Shown here: one piece after another, positions 32,413 to 43,616 of the stretch
How the letters are laid out: each line of letters begins with the position of its first letter
How positions within the stretch are numbered: the first letter of the stretch is position 1
Assembly: GCA_011364965.1 (NCBI GenBank)
Contig: RDOB01000004.1
Location: forward strand, 424,769-488,768
Direction: 5' to 3'
DNA length: 64,000 nucleotides
Origin: Candidatus Heimdallarchaeota archaeon
Lineage (GTDB): Archaea; Asgardarchaeota; Heimdallarchaeia; Hodarchaeales; Hodarchaeaceae
Notes under the pieces: model-generated
Seen by the model: only the letters and a program-made list of their open reading frames with translations
What the model was told of the DNA's origin: nothing
Database searches by the model: none
Program-made: the position numbers and the translations under genes

Positions 32413-35400
32413 ATGAACAATATAAGAGGTATGAAAAGATGGTTTCTATTACTAATTCTCGTAATATCATTTGTTAACATTTTCCAGCTTTATTGCAATA
32501 ATTCTCAGGTGGAATTTAGAAGTAGTAATAATCCTACTAAATTGGTGTTTAATGAAAAAACTAATGATTTACACGAGGAAGCTTTACAGGAATATCCAAA
32601 TCAAGCTTTAAATATGATATATCCAAATGAAGGGTGGAAGTGGGAAGGTATTATATCTCATATTTCCATAGTCAAAGAGATACTAATAGAAGACATTGAT
32701 AACGATGGATCTAATGAACTCATCTTAGTTGGAATCAGTCAAACTTGGTATTCGCATCTATGGATTCTCAAATGGGATTGGTATGAAGAAAAGTTAGAGT
32801 TAGAATATGAATGTCAATTAGAAGAATATCCGTTGGGAGGGGATAGTAGATTAGCTCGATTTGCTCTAGATTTCATAGATATAGACTCGGATGGTCAAAA
32901 AGAGGTAATTATATGTACATCCCACCAAATTTGTATAATAACAAAGCAACAGCAAGATTATTCGTTAAGTGTTTTCGATTCCTTGCCAAATGGAATGTTG
33001 ATCCCCGGAAACAATATGCGAGCCTATGCCTCTGGAGATTTCGATGGAGATGGAAAATACGAGATAATCGTATGCGGAACAAGTACTGATCCAATTCGGA
33101 CTCTCCATTGGGATGGGGAGAAATTTGCGAAAGATAATTCCCCAATTACCTTACAAAGTCCTATAAATCCTTGGGGTGAGCCTGATGGAGTTAATCAGTT
33201 TTTTTATGGTGATGTAACCCATGATAACAGGCCTGAATTAGTTGTTTACCATGAATGGACACATATTCTTCATTTTTACCAGTGGAGCGGAACTCAATAT
33301 ATTCTAACGTACAACCATAGTGAACCAATAAATATTAACGCTGTGGTGGGGAAAGATTGCTTTTCAATTGCAGATATTAATCTAGATGGACAAAATGATC
33401 TTATTTTCACAGATAAAAGTATGACCTGGAAAGATAACGCGCTTCAGACAATATGGGAAGGGAATTACTTAGAGGGAACTATTGCAGGAGATGCAAATAA
33501 TAATTATACAACAGATTTCGTCAGTGTGGTTGGAGAAAATCTTTATTGTTATGAAATGACTTACCAAATCTTTGCTAATGGAACAGAAAGTGCATCGTTT
33601 GAAGTTTATTCTAATCCCATTGTAACTAGAACAATCACACGCCATGCAATAGGGGATGTCCTTAATAATGGGTTAAATCAGATAGTTGTGTGTACAACTG
33701 ACGGGTGGATTGGAATATATCTGATTATGAGAACTTACAATGCAAACGATAAATCCTATTTGGATATATCGTCACTAATATTCCATGAGGATGTAGATAA
33801 TGATGGAATACCTGATTTAATTGAACTTACATCTGCCTCTGAAGCCAGAGTGAACATTCGTCATTGGAATGGCTCTGATTTCCTGACATATTATACTTTC
33901 AAACTGGATGATTCCAATATTGCATCAGCAAACCTGATTGCTGGAGATATTACTAATGACGGTAAAACGGAGATATTAGTTTATAGTAAAGATCCTAATT
34001 ATAATAAGAGCTGGTTATTGAAATGGAACCCAAATTTAGAAGAATTTAATTTCTTATTCAATTCAACTAGCAATTGGCTAGCTGCTACAGTTGGAGAACT
34101 AAACCATGACGGTCTAAATGAGCTATGTTGGGTGGAGGAAGACCGATTGGTCATAGGAAATTGGGATGGAGCTACAATATCAGAAGTATACTCGTTAGAT
34201 CTTTTAACTAGCTCTTATGTTTATGATAAAACAGCACATCTCTGCATCGGAGATTATGATAATGATGGTGTTTCGGAACTCATTTGCGGATCCAGAGCCA
34301 ATGAATTTAGAAGTTATTCAATTCAGATAATTGGATGGGATGGAGGCAAATTTGATATCGAGTACGCGCATAATCGATGGACTGCCGCCCAAATCCTAGT
34401 TGCTGACTTTAATTTAGATGGTGCCCAAGAAGTAGGGATGTTTATCCTCACAGATTGGAATGATGAACCTGAAAAGCCAGGATATCATATTATGAAGTGG
34501 AATGCAAGTGAATCTGAATTTAACATTAAACAAACGCTGGCAATTTCCTCCCAAGGGGGAATAACACCTACTTGGTATAACGATTTTGATAATGATGTAC
34601 AACCTGAATTACTATTCTTAGACTTTATCAATACAACACTTTCAATATATGAGCTCTCTAATGATGTATTAATGCTTTCTCCCCTTCAGTCGGTTATTAT
34701 CTCGCATTATGCAACCCTTGCTATTTCCGATTTTGACCTAGATGGTTTGAATGAAGTCTTTATCTATGATATGAATCCTGTAGGACAAATAAAACAGACC
34801 CTCTACAACGACCTTTCCCCCCCCAAGATCTATTCCCCCTCCACCTTATCTATGTACACGTTAAGCTCCCTCACTCTCGAATTTAAAATAAAAGATTGGC
34901 CAGTCTTTAATCAAACATTAGCAGAAGTGAAGGTCTACTTGAACGAAACACTAAAATCAACACTGTTTACAGGAGAATTCAATTATAGTATTGAAACTGG
35001 TTTATATATTTCAGGAACGGTTATTGAATTAAAAATAGAGGCAAAAGATATCTATGAAAATACCCAAATAAAAAAATTCTACATTATTATCGATAAAACG
35101 AAACCTAATATGCTTACTCTAGATATCACTGACTTCAACGAATGCAACACAGAATTACTCTTAACAGGGAATGTTATGGATAATGCTGGGATTGAAAAAG
35201 TCGAATTCTATCTGAATGGGACTCTCATAGGAGCTACTTCAGAAGAAAATCATACCTTTAACTACTTATGGAACTTTCCAGCTTTCTATGCAGATGGGTC
35301 TTATAATATCACAGCTTTGGCATATGACTTTGTCGGTTTAACCATTCAAGTCAGTCATTGGATTATTTTGGATCGGACAGTTCCCATAATTAATTTACAA

Positions 35401-35730
35401 GAACCAGAAAATGGAGCTGAACTTACCTCAAAGTTCAAAATAGTAGGTACAATTATAGATGTATCATCCAGTGTCACGTATGAAATCTATCTCAATGAGA
35501 TCCTAACATTCCATGGAATAGGGGCTTCATTCAGTATATACATGGATCCTACAACACTCCCCTCAGGAAATTATAGCCTCACAGTTCTCGCAATAGACAA
35601 AGCTGGAAATCAGGGCCAGGAAACAATCTGGTTTAATTTCAATTATGTGAATATCACGTCTGGATTTGAGCTATTCCTGTGTTCAGTGCCAATCGCGCTT
35701 CTCATCGTCTTTAAAAAACGGAATAGTTGA
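32413..35730 (+). CDS. Secreted FG-GAP/VCBS-repeat beta-propeller protein with Ig-like domains and C-terminal sorting tail
   Basis: Signal peptide; more than 10 DxDxDGxxE repeats; VEFYLNG, YNITALAYD, AIDKAGN Ig-like motifs; ends SGFE-TM-KKR. Confidence 0.85.
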   Translation: MNNIRGMKRWFLLLILVISFVNIFQLYCNNSQVEFRSSNNPTKLVFNEKTNDLHEEALQEYPNQALNMIYPNEGWKWEGIISHISIVKEILIEDIDNDGSNELILVGISQTWYSHLWILKWDWYEEKLELEYECQLEEYPLGGDSRLARFALDFIDIDSDGQKEVIICTSHQICIITKQQQDYSLSVFDSLPNGMLIPGNNMRAYASGDFDGDGKYEIIVCGTSTDPIRTLHWDGEKFAKDNSPITLQSPINPWGEPDGVNQFFYGDVTHDNRPELVVYHEWTHILHFYQWSGTQYILTYNHSEPININAVVGKDCFSIADINLDGQNDLIFTDKSMTWKDNALQTIWEGNYLEGTIAGDANNNYTTDFVSVVGENLYCYEMTYQIFANGTESASFEVYSNPIVTRTITRHAIGDVLNNGLNQIVVCTTDGWIGIYLIMRTYNANDKSYLDISSLIFHEDVDNDGIPDLIELTSASEARVNIRHWNGSDFLTYYTFKLDDSNIASANLIAGDITNDGKTEILVYSKDPNYNKSWLLKWNPNLEEFNFLFNSTSNWLAATVGELNHDGLNELCWVEEDRLVIGNWDGATISEVYSLDLLTSSYVYDKTAHLCIGDYDNDGVSELICGSRANEFRSYSIQIIGWDGGKFDIEYAHNRWTAAQILVADFNLDGAQEVGMFILTDWNDEPEKPGYHIMKWNASESEFNIKQTLAISSQGGITPTWYNDFDNDVQPELLFLDFINTTLSIYELSNDVLMLSPLQSVIISHYATLAISDFDLDGLNEVFIYDMNPVGQIKQTLYNDLSPPKIYSPSTLSMYTLSSLTLEFKIKDWPVFNQTLAEVKVYLNETLKSTLFTGEFNYSIETGLYISGTVIELKIEAKDIYENTQIKKFYIIIDKTKPNMLTLDITDFNECNTELLLTGNVMDNAGIEKVEFYLNGTLIGATSEENHTFNYLWNFPAFYADGSYNITALAYDFVGLTIQVSHWIILDRTVPIINLQEPENGAELTSKFKIVGTIIDVSSSVTYEIYLNEILTFHGIGASFSIYMDPTTLPSGNYSLTVLAIDKAGNQGQETIWFNFNYVNITSGFELFLCSVPIALLIVFKKRNS

Positions 35731-36169
35731 GTTAATCTTGTAATCTCTTTGTTAAGAGAGTTTGAAAGCTTCAATCACTCAACACTCCCACCTCTTATAG
35801 CTCTCTCTAATTTAAACCAATTTTGAAATATATTCAATTAACTAATCCCATTTTTAATTTGCTGTATATATATCATACCTCAGAGTAAGAGCTCAAAACA
35901 AACTCCATTATACGAATATGGAATATCATCAGATGATGGATTCCATATGAATACTAGATTGTGAAAGTTTGATGCAAACTGCTCTTCTAGCGTGGGTTTT
36001 TGGCTCATAAAGGTATTCATTGTACTCTTTAGTTTCAATATGATCAAACCAGCTAAGATAATTAGAAAACGAATTTTTTGAATAACTATCTACTAAATGG
36101 ACGATGAGTACAGGATGAACCCCTAATTCGATAGCTACTTGAAAATCACCTTGAGTAGGAAGGGGGTCA

Positions 36170-36275
36170 TAGGTATCAGACCAAGGATTAATTTTGTAAT
36201 ACAAAGAGTAAACTGGAACACCGCTTCTATCGCTATCTTCCGAGGGAGTTTTTTGAAAAAACTCAATTTCCACAC
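36170..36275 (+). repeat. Dispersed intergenic repeat, copy A
   Basis: tatcagaccaagg...aacaccgcttctatcgctatcttccgagggagttttttgaaaaaactcaatttccac; perfect palindrome at 36246-36264. Confidence 0.8.
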
Positions 36276-36320
36276 AATTCGATTGAAAAATCACAAGATT
36301 CAAAACAAAAGAAAAATAGA

Positions 36321-36795
36321 AATGGAAATAAAAACGGAGGAATATATTTTAGTCCAAATAAAAGAAAGAATGGATGTTATTCAATTATGCATGGAATGTA
36401 TCGAGCTAGGTGTCTGGTTACTCCAGAGACTAGAAAAAACGCAAAATACTCCTGAATTCACTAATATTCTCGAGTTCATTCGAGCAGTGACTCAACAATC
36501 AGACCTCTGGAGAACAGAACTCAAAATCTGGGAGTGGATCACAAGCAAATGGCATCAAACAGAGGAGTTTAATGCGTTTGTAAAGGTCATTCGGGAAAAA
36601 TATGACCAATTATCCCTGCAGGTAGCCAGCGAAGTCTTATTCCGAGAACCACGCATACACTTCCAGCAGCTCTATATTGACTCAAAAATCCGCAAGATAC
36701 CCTTACCTGACAAATACCTTGACATGCTCAATCTCCAATCCGTGAAAGACTGCTTTACGGAGAACGGGGAAGAATTCAGAATTAGAATTGGTTAA
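36321..36795 (+). CDS. Hypothetical helical protein (likely start MEIK)
   Basis: C-terminal part of ORF 36139-36795; the upstream portion overlaps repeat copy A. Confidence 0.5.
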
Positions 36796-36835
36796 GGGTG
36801 TTTAAAGCATGATTTCTATTGCTGATTGCAAAGGA

Positions 36836-37363
36836 TTAAAAAAGCTTCCTACCCCTAAGCGCTTTTTGAGTAATATCCTCAAAAATTTTCATTAATTTGG
36901 GTCTTTCCATATGTCCTATAATATAATAGTCTACCTTAAGTTCATTTGCTAGCTTAATGGCATTAAATTGATTACAATCATCCTTTTTTCGCGTTTGAAC
37001 TCCAACGATCGCTATAGGGTAGGATAAATCGCCAGAAATCTCGCGAAACCTCTGAATCCATGTGGAAATCGCGTCAAAATCGGATTGATTGGCACATTCA
37101 TATATAACAAGACACCCAGACGAATTAAGGATGGTTTGATACCAAACTTTTTCGTTAGAGATCGTTTCTGGACTAATAGCGGGGATCATGATCTTGATTT
37201 TCATCTTTTCTAAATAATCATACTGTCTGGACTGAAAAACAGGCGGAAGAATGCCTAAAGGGGTATCACCACTAACTCCTCCAATCGCTCTACTGATATA
37301 CAGATTCAGCTTAGGGTTGCTTCCAAGAAGACAGATCTTCAATACGAATTTTTTCTTTGACAA
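36836..37363 (-). CDS. Rab/Ras-like small GTPase-fold protein with degenerate G motifs
   Basis: FVLKICLLG, GCLVIYE, FDAISTWI, PIAIVG, IFEDITQK; G1, G3 and G4 consensus lost. Confidence 0.7.
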   Translation of the reverse strand: MSKKKFVLKICLLGSNPKLNLYISRAIGGVSGDTPLGILPPVFQSRQYDYLEKMKIKIMIPAISPETISNEKVWYQTILNSSGCLVIYECANQSDFDAISTWIQRFREISGDLSYPIAIVGVQTRKKDDCNQFNAIKLANELKVDYYIIGHMERPKLMKIFEDITQKALRGRKLF

Positions 37364-37931
37364 CCTCTTCGTTTCCTTTTGTAATTCGCTTTTATATGAA
37401 CGTTTTAATACTTTAATCGCGATTTCATATTAGCTTTATATATAAATAAAGAATTGATCCTGAAGAAGATTCTATCTTCAGTTCTATTCCTTTGTAAGCC
37501 TTTGTAATGCATTTCTTTTCCAAAAGGAGGTTCCTATTATAGCTATTCCACTCATAATGACCCCACCAAGGAAAAATATTCTACCTACAAGGATAAATAT
37601 GATAAACCAAATGAAACCATAAATTATTTCTTGGAGTAATAAACAAGTTTATATGAAAATTCTTTAGTGATATTAGCCTTATTCTCTCCATGCCGGACAA
37701 AATACACTGTTCCCATGCTTAAGTCTCCTGTGACCCACCTTTATCTTACTTAAATAATATTGATATCTTTTTTTTGTTTCCAAATAATATTAATTACTTT
37801 TGTGTTCGATCATTGCTCCTTACTTCCGTAATGAAGAAGAAATCCTTAATAAGAGTACCACCATTACACATCTAATCCAATACTAGAGATAAAGAAAGGT
37901 TTTCTGTTGGGATTCAAATGAGCTGAAGTCT

Positions 37932-38951
37932 TTGCCAAATTATTTTTGGACGCGAAAACGATTTGGGAGATGGCGTTATGACATTATTGTCATTTTTATC
38001 ACTGCATTGTTTAATTTTGGCAGTATTACTCCAATTATACTGTGGGGGATAGATGTATTACGACCTAATCAACCCCCTGAAGCTCATATAATGGATGCAA
38101 TTGTTGCATTCATCGGATCAACGTTTATGCTACTTTTAACAGAATATTTATGCAATATTAGTTACACTATGCTGAAAAATATAATCAATCGTGAAATAGT
38201 GAGAGGGAAACCTAAAGAGGAACGCGAGGCGGAAGCAATTAATTTCATTTGGAATTCAAAGATTTATTATTTGTGTATTTTACTCATTATAGCACAACTG
38301 GGATTTGGAGTGATAGGGGTTGCTTTAGGAGCAACTACTATACTTGATGGGATTTTTGGATCACCAGTGATGGTTTTATCTTCTATAATATATGTTGAAT
38401 TCTTTTGGATTGCATTTGCCCCAACAATGTTAATTTTTTATCTTCCTCGCCTCCCAATTCAATTAAATGTATTTGAAAGCGATTCTGCTGGTGGATTAGG
38501 AGCCATCGCGAATTATTTATTGAAAGGGTCATTAATACTAACAGCTTTTGGAACCTTTGCCTTATATTGGGTTATTTCTACGTCTGCGATTGTGTTTGAA
38601 ATTGGAGTAATGATGCTTGCAGTGATCCTTGCTATTCCATTAATATATTTCATCGTACCGACTATTGGGCTACGTTCAATAATGATAAAAGAAAAGTATC
38701 GTGTTTTGGATGCTATAAACTATCAAATAGGGGAGGTTTATCTCAAACTACATGCAAATGACCAAATCTCCCAAGAAACCTTTATTCAGGTACAAGGTCT
38801 AAGCACTCTTAGACAACAAGTTATGTCAATGCACGAATGGCCATTCAGCTTTACAGGATTGAGGAATTTATTAACATCGTTTCTAATTCCAATAGGAGTT
38901 TTTCTCCTAAACAATCTTGATTCTTTACAAACTATTATTAGTGGCAGCTGA
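37932..38951 (+). CDS. Hypothetical multi-pass membrane protein
   Basis: About 7 TM segments; D.AGGLG and EWPF motifs. Confidence 0.6.
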   Translation: MPNYFWTRKRFGRWRYDIIVIFITALFNFGSITPIILWGIDVLRPNQPPEAHIMDAIVAFIGSTFMLLLTEYLCNISYTMLKNIINREIVRGKPKEEREAEAINFIWNSKIYYLCILLIIAQLGFGVIGVALGATTILDGIFGSPVMVLSSIIYVEFFWIAFAPTMLIFYLPRLPIQLNVFESDSAGGLGAIANYLLKGSLILTAFGTFALYWVISTSAIVFEIGVMMLAVILAIPLIYFIVPTIGLRSIMIKEKYRVLDAINYQIGEVYLKLHANDQISQETFIQVQGLSTLRQQVMSMHEWPFSFTGLRNLLTSFLIPIGVFLLNNLDSLQTIISGS

Positions 38952-39049
38952 AAAAATAGGCGAATTTCAAATTGCTATTTGGAAAATCAAAATGTAAGGT
39001 TCATTCAATATCCTCTGTAATTCCGTAAAAAAAAGTACTGAAGAATCCT

Positions 39050-39185
39050 CAACAAACGTATAGACATCAGATCCAATTTGTATGAACATCTTTCCTGCTG
39101 CTTTTATTGCTCTCTATCGAGGGAAGTTGGTAAAAAACTCACTTTCCACATGCGTCTGCAAATAGTAGTTATTCTGTGAACAGGT
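39050..39185 (+). repeat. Dispersed intergenic repeat, copy B
   Basis: caacaaacgtatagacatcagatccaatttgtatgaacatctttcctgctgcttttattgc...cgagggaag...aaactcactttccaca...aatagtag. Confidence 0.8.
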
Positions 39186-39255
39186 TTTAGAGTATTTCTA
39201 TACTTCCACAAGGGTGGTGGCAGATATACTTAATATAACTTTGTAATTTCTATAA

Positions 39256-40053
39256 TTATGCTTTTGGGATGAGAGGATGTCCACAGCTAGAGCAATATTG
39301 GACAAGCGTGAGGTTTGAAGCAGAACAATCCGAACAGAACGTAGCATATTGCTGCAACGGAGCATTCCCAATGATCTTCCCATCCCGCATTTCAAGAGCA
39401 ATATCTCCTATTCTTGCTACGACAGGATTATGAGTGACTAAAAGGATTGTCTTACCAAATTCGATTTTTAGCTGCTTAAATAAATCAATAATTATCTGTG
39501 TATTTTCCGAATCTAGCTCCCCTGTAGGTTCATCAGCCAAGATGATCTCTGCGTCATTAGCGAGCGCAACTAGAACTGCAATTCGCTGCCGTTCTCCCCC
39601 TGAGAGGGCGTGAGGAGCATGGGTAGCGCGGCTATTCATACCCATGCGTGTGAGCAATTCAGTGACTCTTCGTTTTCGTTGTTCTCGAGCCATGCCTAGA
39701 ATTTTCAAAGGTAACTCAATATTTTCCTCAGCAGTTAAAATAGGACTCAAATTCTCGAACTGGAACACAAATCCAACTTTCTCTCGTCGATACTTCGCCA
39801 ATTCCTTTTCATTCAATCCATTAAGAGAAAGACAACAGCTAATGATAGTTCCATCTGTCGGAGAATCAATCCCACCAATGAGGTGCAGCAAAGTCGATTT
39901 CCCACTCCCAGAGACCCCCATGATAGATACAATTTGGTTGGACTTAACAGTAAGATTTACTTCGTTTAACGCGTGAATCTCAGAAGTGCCATGCTCAAAG
40001 ACTTTCTTAAGGTTATGTGTTTGCACAATTGTCTCTTGGGTCATTTTAATCAC
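39256..40053 (-). CDS. LolD/MacB-type ABC ATPase with C-terminal zinc ribbon
   Basis: GVSGSGKST, LSGGERQR, ADEPTG, VTH; CSDC..CSSC. Confidence 0.93.
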   Translation of the reverse strand: MIKMTQETIVQTHNLKKVFEHGTSEIHALNEVNLTVKSNQIVSIMGVSGSGKSTLLHLIGGIDSPTDGTIISCCLSLNGLNEKELAKYRREKVGFVFQFENLSPILTAEENIELPLKILGMAREQRKRRVTELLTRMGMNSRATHAPHALSGGERQRIAVLVALANDAEIILADEPTGELDSENTQIIIDLFKQLKIEFGKTILLVTHNPVVARIGDIALEMRDGKIIGNAPLQQYATFCSDCSASNLTLVQYCSSCGHPLIPKA

Positions 40054-43006
40054 GTAATTGTAAGAAAGAAAGGAAAAATTTCTTCCTAATCAAATATGAG
40101 AACGTTATTATAATTGTAAAGTGAGAGAGGATTAATAAGGTTAAAAACAATAGGATTTTTGGCCAAGGAATTAGAAGTTTCACGGGAATTGGGGGATAAG
40201 GAGTAATAAAAAAGTCCATATAGATAGAGGAGGATAAAATACCAATCAATATTCCGAAAAAAGCCCCTAATAAGTCAATAGAAAGGAATTCCAAATGAAA
40301 AATCCATCTTAGATCTGCAGTTGTCATTCCTCGAGAAAAATAAATACCTACTTCATTCTTTCGATCCTTATAGCTTTGGAAGAACAATACTCCCAGACCT
40401 GAAGTTACAAGGAGGAAAGTCATAAAAAAGAAAGTATCCATAATTGTGATGATACTCCCTGAAGGAGTCATACGAAATTTCTGTTTTAGATCATCAAGAA
40501 ATTTAATATCTGAATCCCAGAAGGAATTCTGAAATGCTTCAAAAACAGTCACACGTTCAGCATAACTAGCAGTTGGAGTGATTTTAATGAGCCATGTGAT
40601 TATTGGTTCTGTTGTAAAAAAATGAGAGGAAAAATTCACATAAGAGAGGAGGAAATCCCTCGAGCAGATCAGTGGGAGAGGAGGGTTGAAGTTCGGTTGG
40701 GCAAAGCCAGGAATAAGATAAAAAAAATCCACCACAGTGAAATTCAGGAGAACTTGGCTCCTAGAAGGGGTGTACAAATCAATCTTAGTGGGGACTATTG
40801 TACCCACTTGATTGTCTGCATATTCTCCCTCTCCAAGTTCCCAGTGTTTAAAGCTAATTGGGGCTAAAGCAGAGGAGTTATGAATGCTGAGTTTCAAGAA
40901 AGCCTCTCTTGAAAGACTATCGGGCATAAAATTCTCTTCAAAATATGTAACTGCCGTAAATGACTCAGGATCAATTGCCAGTATACCACTAGGAAGAATA
41001 GAGGCATAAATAGTGCTATTCAAGGGAATATAGATGGATGCGCTAATCCAGATCATCTGAGTGACACTCTCAACATAGGAAGACAGATTCAAGAGGTCCT
41101 CTGCAGAATAACTCCACAGCTTTCCAAGGTCTCCTGAAATACTGATATCTGCCCCTATATCGCGCTTAATTTCACGCAAGGACACACTATATGCTGATTG
41201 AGAAAGAATTAACGGGGTGATAGCCATAGAAACAGCCAACGCTGTGAGAAAGGCAATATTAGAGAAACGACTACCTCTTCTCAGATAATTCATAGAAACA
41301 ATACTCCTCAAGCTAGTTTTCACCCCTTTACCCATGAGAGAGAGATATCGAACGATGAGATCTCTTCGGCCCGTTAAAAGTCGGACGAAAAACAATGAAA
41401 AAACTAGAGGGAGAAATGGCAAGAGAGGAGACACAAGTTTATCAAAAAGTACCGCTAAATCCTGAATGAAGGTAATTGAATCGAATATGTCGAGAATTTC
41501 TCTCGCTATCCATAAAGAGAAGAGAATAAGAGTAAAGTAAAGAATTCGCCTTAAATCTTTTTTTGTGGCAGAAATCCACGATTCAGAAGAATTCATGGGT
41601 TTGTGAAGGAGACTGATAGGAACTTTTGCATTGATATTTCTAGAGGCAAAGAGATTCAGAATATTTCCAAGAATAACTCCTGTTAGCAAGGTTTCCCAGA
41701 TTAAGGAATCACCTTCAGAAATCAATGGAGTTAACCAATCATTGAGAGTCTGTTGATCGGGGATGATGGAATACAAAACAATTATAATAATGAAGGAGAG
41801 CACAAGTGAAATCAACGCTGCAGCTAATCCAATTAATGACCCCTCTACTACTAGCCAAGATCTAATTTGCATTTTAGAAATACCACGAAATACCCAGATG
41901 CCAATGAAGCGTTTATTATTCTCAAATCGGAGAACCTGACTGGCAAGCGCTATTAACAAAGCGAAAAGAATAATCGGAAGCATGAGTAAGGTTAATGAAT
42001 TATGAAGTTGAACTAAATCTTCTGTGAGAAGAGTTAATTCCTCTAAAAGGGGATTTTGGATAGAAAAAGTGACATCAGTTGGGAGAGCTGCTTCCAAAAA
42101 AGCACTAAGGTCTGCTTCAAGGGCTTTCAACAGCCTAGGTTCTCGGAACCTGTTGAATGACTCAATAATAGCTTCCCTCCTTAAAAATATTGAAAATCCA
42201 ACATCTTGAAACAGTATATCGCGATTCCCACCCCCAAGCTTCTCAGAGAGATCAGAATAGGTATCCATATTGACAATTAAGAGTGTCTGGATAGAATTTT
42301 GCCTTGAAGTGGCTGGACATAGTAAATCTTTCGCAATATTACTCTCACTTGAGAAAGAAAATATTTCAGTTACACGAAGGGGAGAAGAGAGGTTGGAAAT
42401 AAAGTCAAATTCAATAGATCCATTATACTCGAAGTAATGGATGTAGAACGTGTCATTGATGGAAACCTGCAGTTTTCTAGCCAGAAAAGAAGAAAGATAA
42501 ACCTCATTTAAATTCAATGACGCGTTACCAAGTGCGAAGGGGTGAATACTCGACGAATCAACGAATGAACGAAAGTTTTCTTTATGGATACCCATTCCAT
42601 ATTCGTCGAAAATAGCAAAATTCGCATAGAGACACGAGGCGTTTTTTGCTAAAGCAAATTGGGAAACCTTTTCATCCTCTCCAAAATAAATAGGTCTGAA
42701 CCCTCGCTTGACAAAAGTCCGCTCAATAAGCAGAAAATCCTCTAACTGCTTAGTAAGAGAACGAAGATTGAAATCATCGATAGATTGGGGAAAGTGAAGA
42801 GTTAAACGGAGGTCAGAAGCGTCTTGCGATATATCCGCAATCATAATAGCATCTTGTAAATATTTTACACCAAAAGTAACACTAAGAGATGCAGTGAGAG
42901 TAAAAACTAGCGTAAAAAGAAAAATGAACGAATTCACTCGCTCTCGACGAAATCGCTGGAAAGCAAGAGGAAATCCCCAAATATATGATGTGAATGAAGC
43001 CATCAA
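40046..43006 (-). CDS. FtsX/MacB-like ABC permease (two repeats)
   Basis: Two permease halves (FRGIS, DRKNEVGIYFSRGM, IGADI); overlaps the ATPase start. Confidence 0.85.
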   Translation of the reverse strand: MMASFTSYIWGFPLAFQRFRRERVNSFIFLFTLVFTLTASLSVTFGVKYLQDAIMIADISQDASDLRLTLHFPQSIDDFNLRSLTKQLEDFLLIERTFVKRGFRPIYFGEDEKVSQFALAKNASCLYANFAIFDEYGMGIHKENFRSFVDSSSIHPFALGNASLNLNEVYLSSFLARKLQVSINDTFYIHYFEYNGSIEFDFISNLSSPLRVTEIFSFSSESNIAKDLLCPATSRQNSIQTLLIVNMDTYSDLSEKLGGGNRDILFQDVGFSIFLRREAIIESFNRFREPRLLKALEADLSAFLEAALPTDVTFSIQNPLLEELTLLTEDLVQLHNSLTLLMLPIILFALLIALASQVLRFENNKRFIGIWVFRGISKMQIRSWLVVEGSLIGLAAALISLVLSFIIIIVLYSIIPDQQTLNDWLTPLISEGDSLIWETLLTGVILGNILNLFASRNINAKVPISLLHKPMNSSESWISATKKDLRRILYFTLILFSLWIAREILDIFDSITFIQDLAVLFDKLVSPLLPFLPLVFSLFFVRLLTGRRDLIVRYLSLMGKGVKTSLRSIVSMNYLRRGSRFSNIAFLTALAVSMAITPLILSQSAYSVSLREIKRDIGADISISGDLGKLWSYSAEDLLNLSSYVESVTQMIWISASIYIPLNSTIYASILPSGILAIDPESFTAVTYFEENFMPDSLSREAFLKLSIHNSSALAPISFKHWELGEGEYADNQVGTIVPTKIDLYTPSRSQVLLNFTVVDFFYLIPGFAQPNFNPPLPLICSRDFLLSYVNFSSHFFTTEPIITWLIKITPTASYAERVTVFEAFQNSFWDSDIKFLDDLKQKFRMTPSGSIITIMDTFFFMTFLLVTSGLGVLFFQSYKDRKNEVGIYFSRGMTTADLRWIFHLEFLSIDLLGAFFGILIGILSSSIYMDFFITPYPPIPVKLLIPWPKILLFLTLLILSHFTIIITFSYLIRKKFFLSFLQLRD

Positions 43007-43131
43007 ACGATCACTTGGAAGCTAAAGGTTTAATAAATTTTGGTACAGTTCTTGAATGAAAAGAATTCTCCAAAAAAAAAGAAACAGGGGATTAAAGCGT
43101 TCAAACATCAAACCAAGGACCAAACATTCAA

Positions 43132-43524
43132 CTAGACCCCATCTGAATCCGGCGGTCGAGGGACATTCTCAAGTTCCCGAATTAACCTCCTCCTTCGCCC
43201 TGCCACCGAGCTGTGGTACGCACAATAGAAAAAAAGGCCCGCATTTATCAAACAGCCAAACCCAATGAGAACAAATCCAAAAAAGAGCAAGGGTAACTTG
43301 GGATACTCATATGAAAAATCAATAGCTCCTACGCCAATCATAGCTATAGCAACACCGCTCAGAAAGAATAAAAAACTAGGAATCGTTTGCGCCCAGCACT
43401 TGTACGAACAGTAGTAACGTTCATCATATGAAATCTTTTTCCAGAATGTTTGGCGAAATTTACGGTCACAGTAACTGCAGACGAGGAGTTCTTTCTTTTG
43501 AGTAGGTGTTTCCAGATTACACAC
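43132..43524 (-). CDS. TRASH/MYM-like zinc-finger membrane protein
   Basis: CSYC...YCSYKC followed by two TM segments. Confidence 0.55.
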   Translation of the reverse strand: MCNLETPTQKKELLVCSYCDRKFRQTFWKKISYDERYYCSYKCWAQTIPSFLFFLSGVAIAMIGVGAIDFSYEYPKLPLLFFGFVLIGFGCLINAGLFFYCAYHSSVAGRRRRLIRELENVPRPPDSDGV

Positions 43525-43616
43525 CTCCAGATTCCTAGGACTGCATTAATCTCAGTCAAACTCAAAAAAACTAAAAGGAATCAGTATTAATCCTTTTCTA
43601 TTTACACGGAATTTCT

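Noticed and set aside
35929-36320. ORF 35929-36303 (-) and the N-terminal extension of ORF 36139-36795
   Set aside because: Both run through repeat copy A, use TTG starts and have no recognisable motifs.
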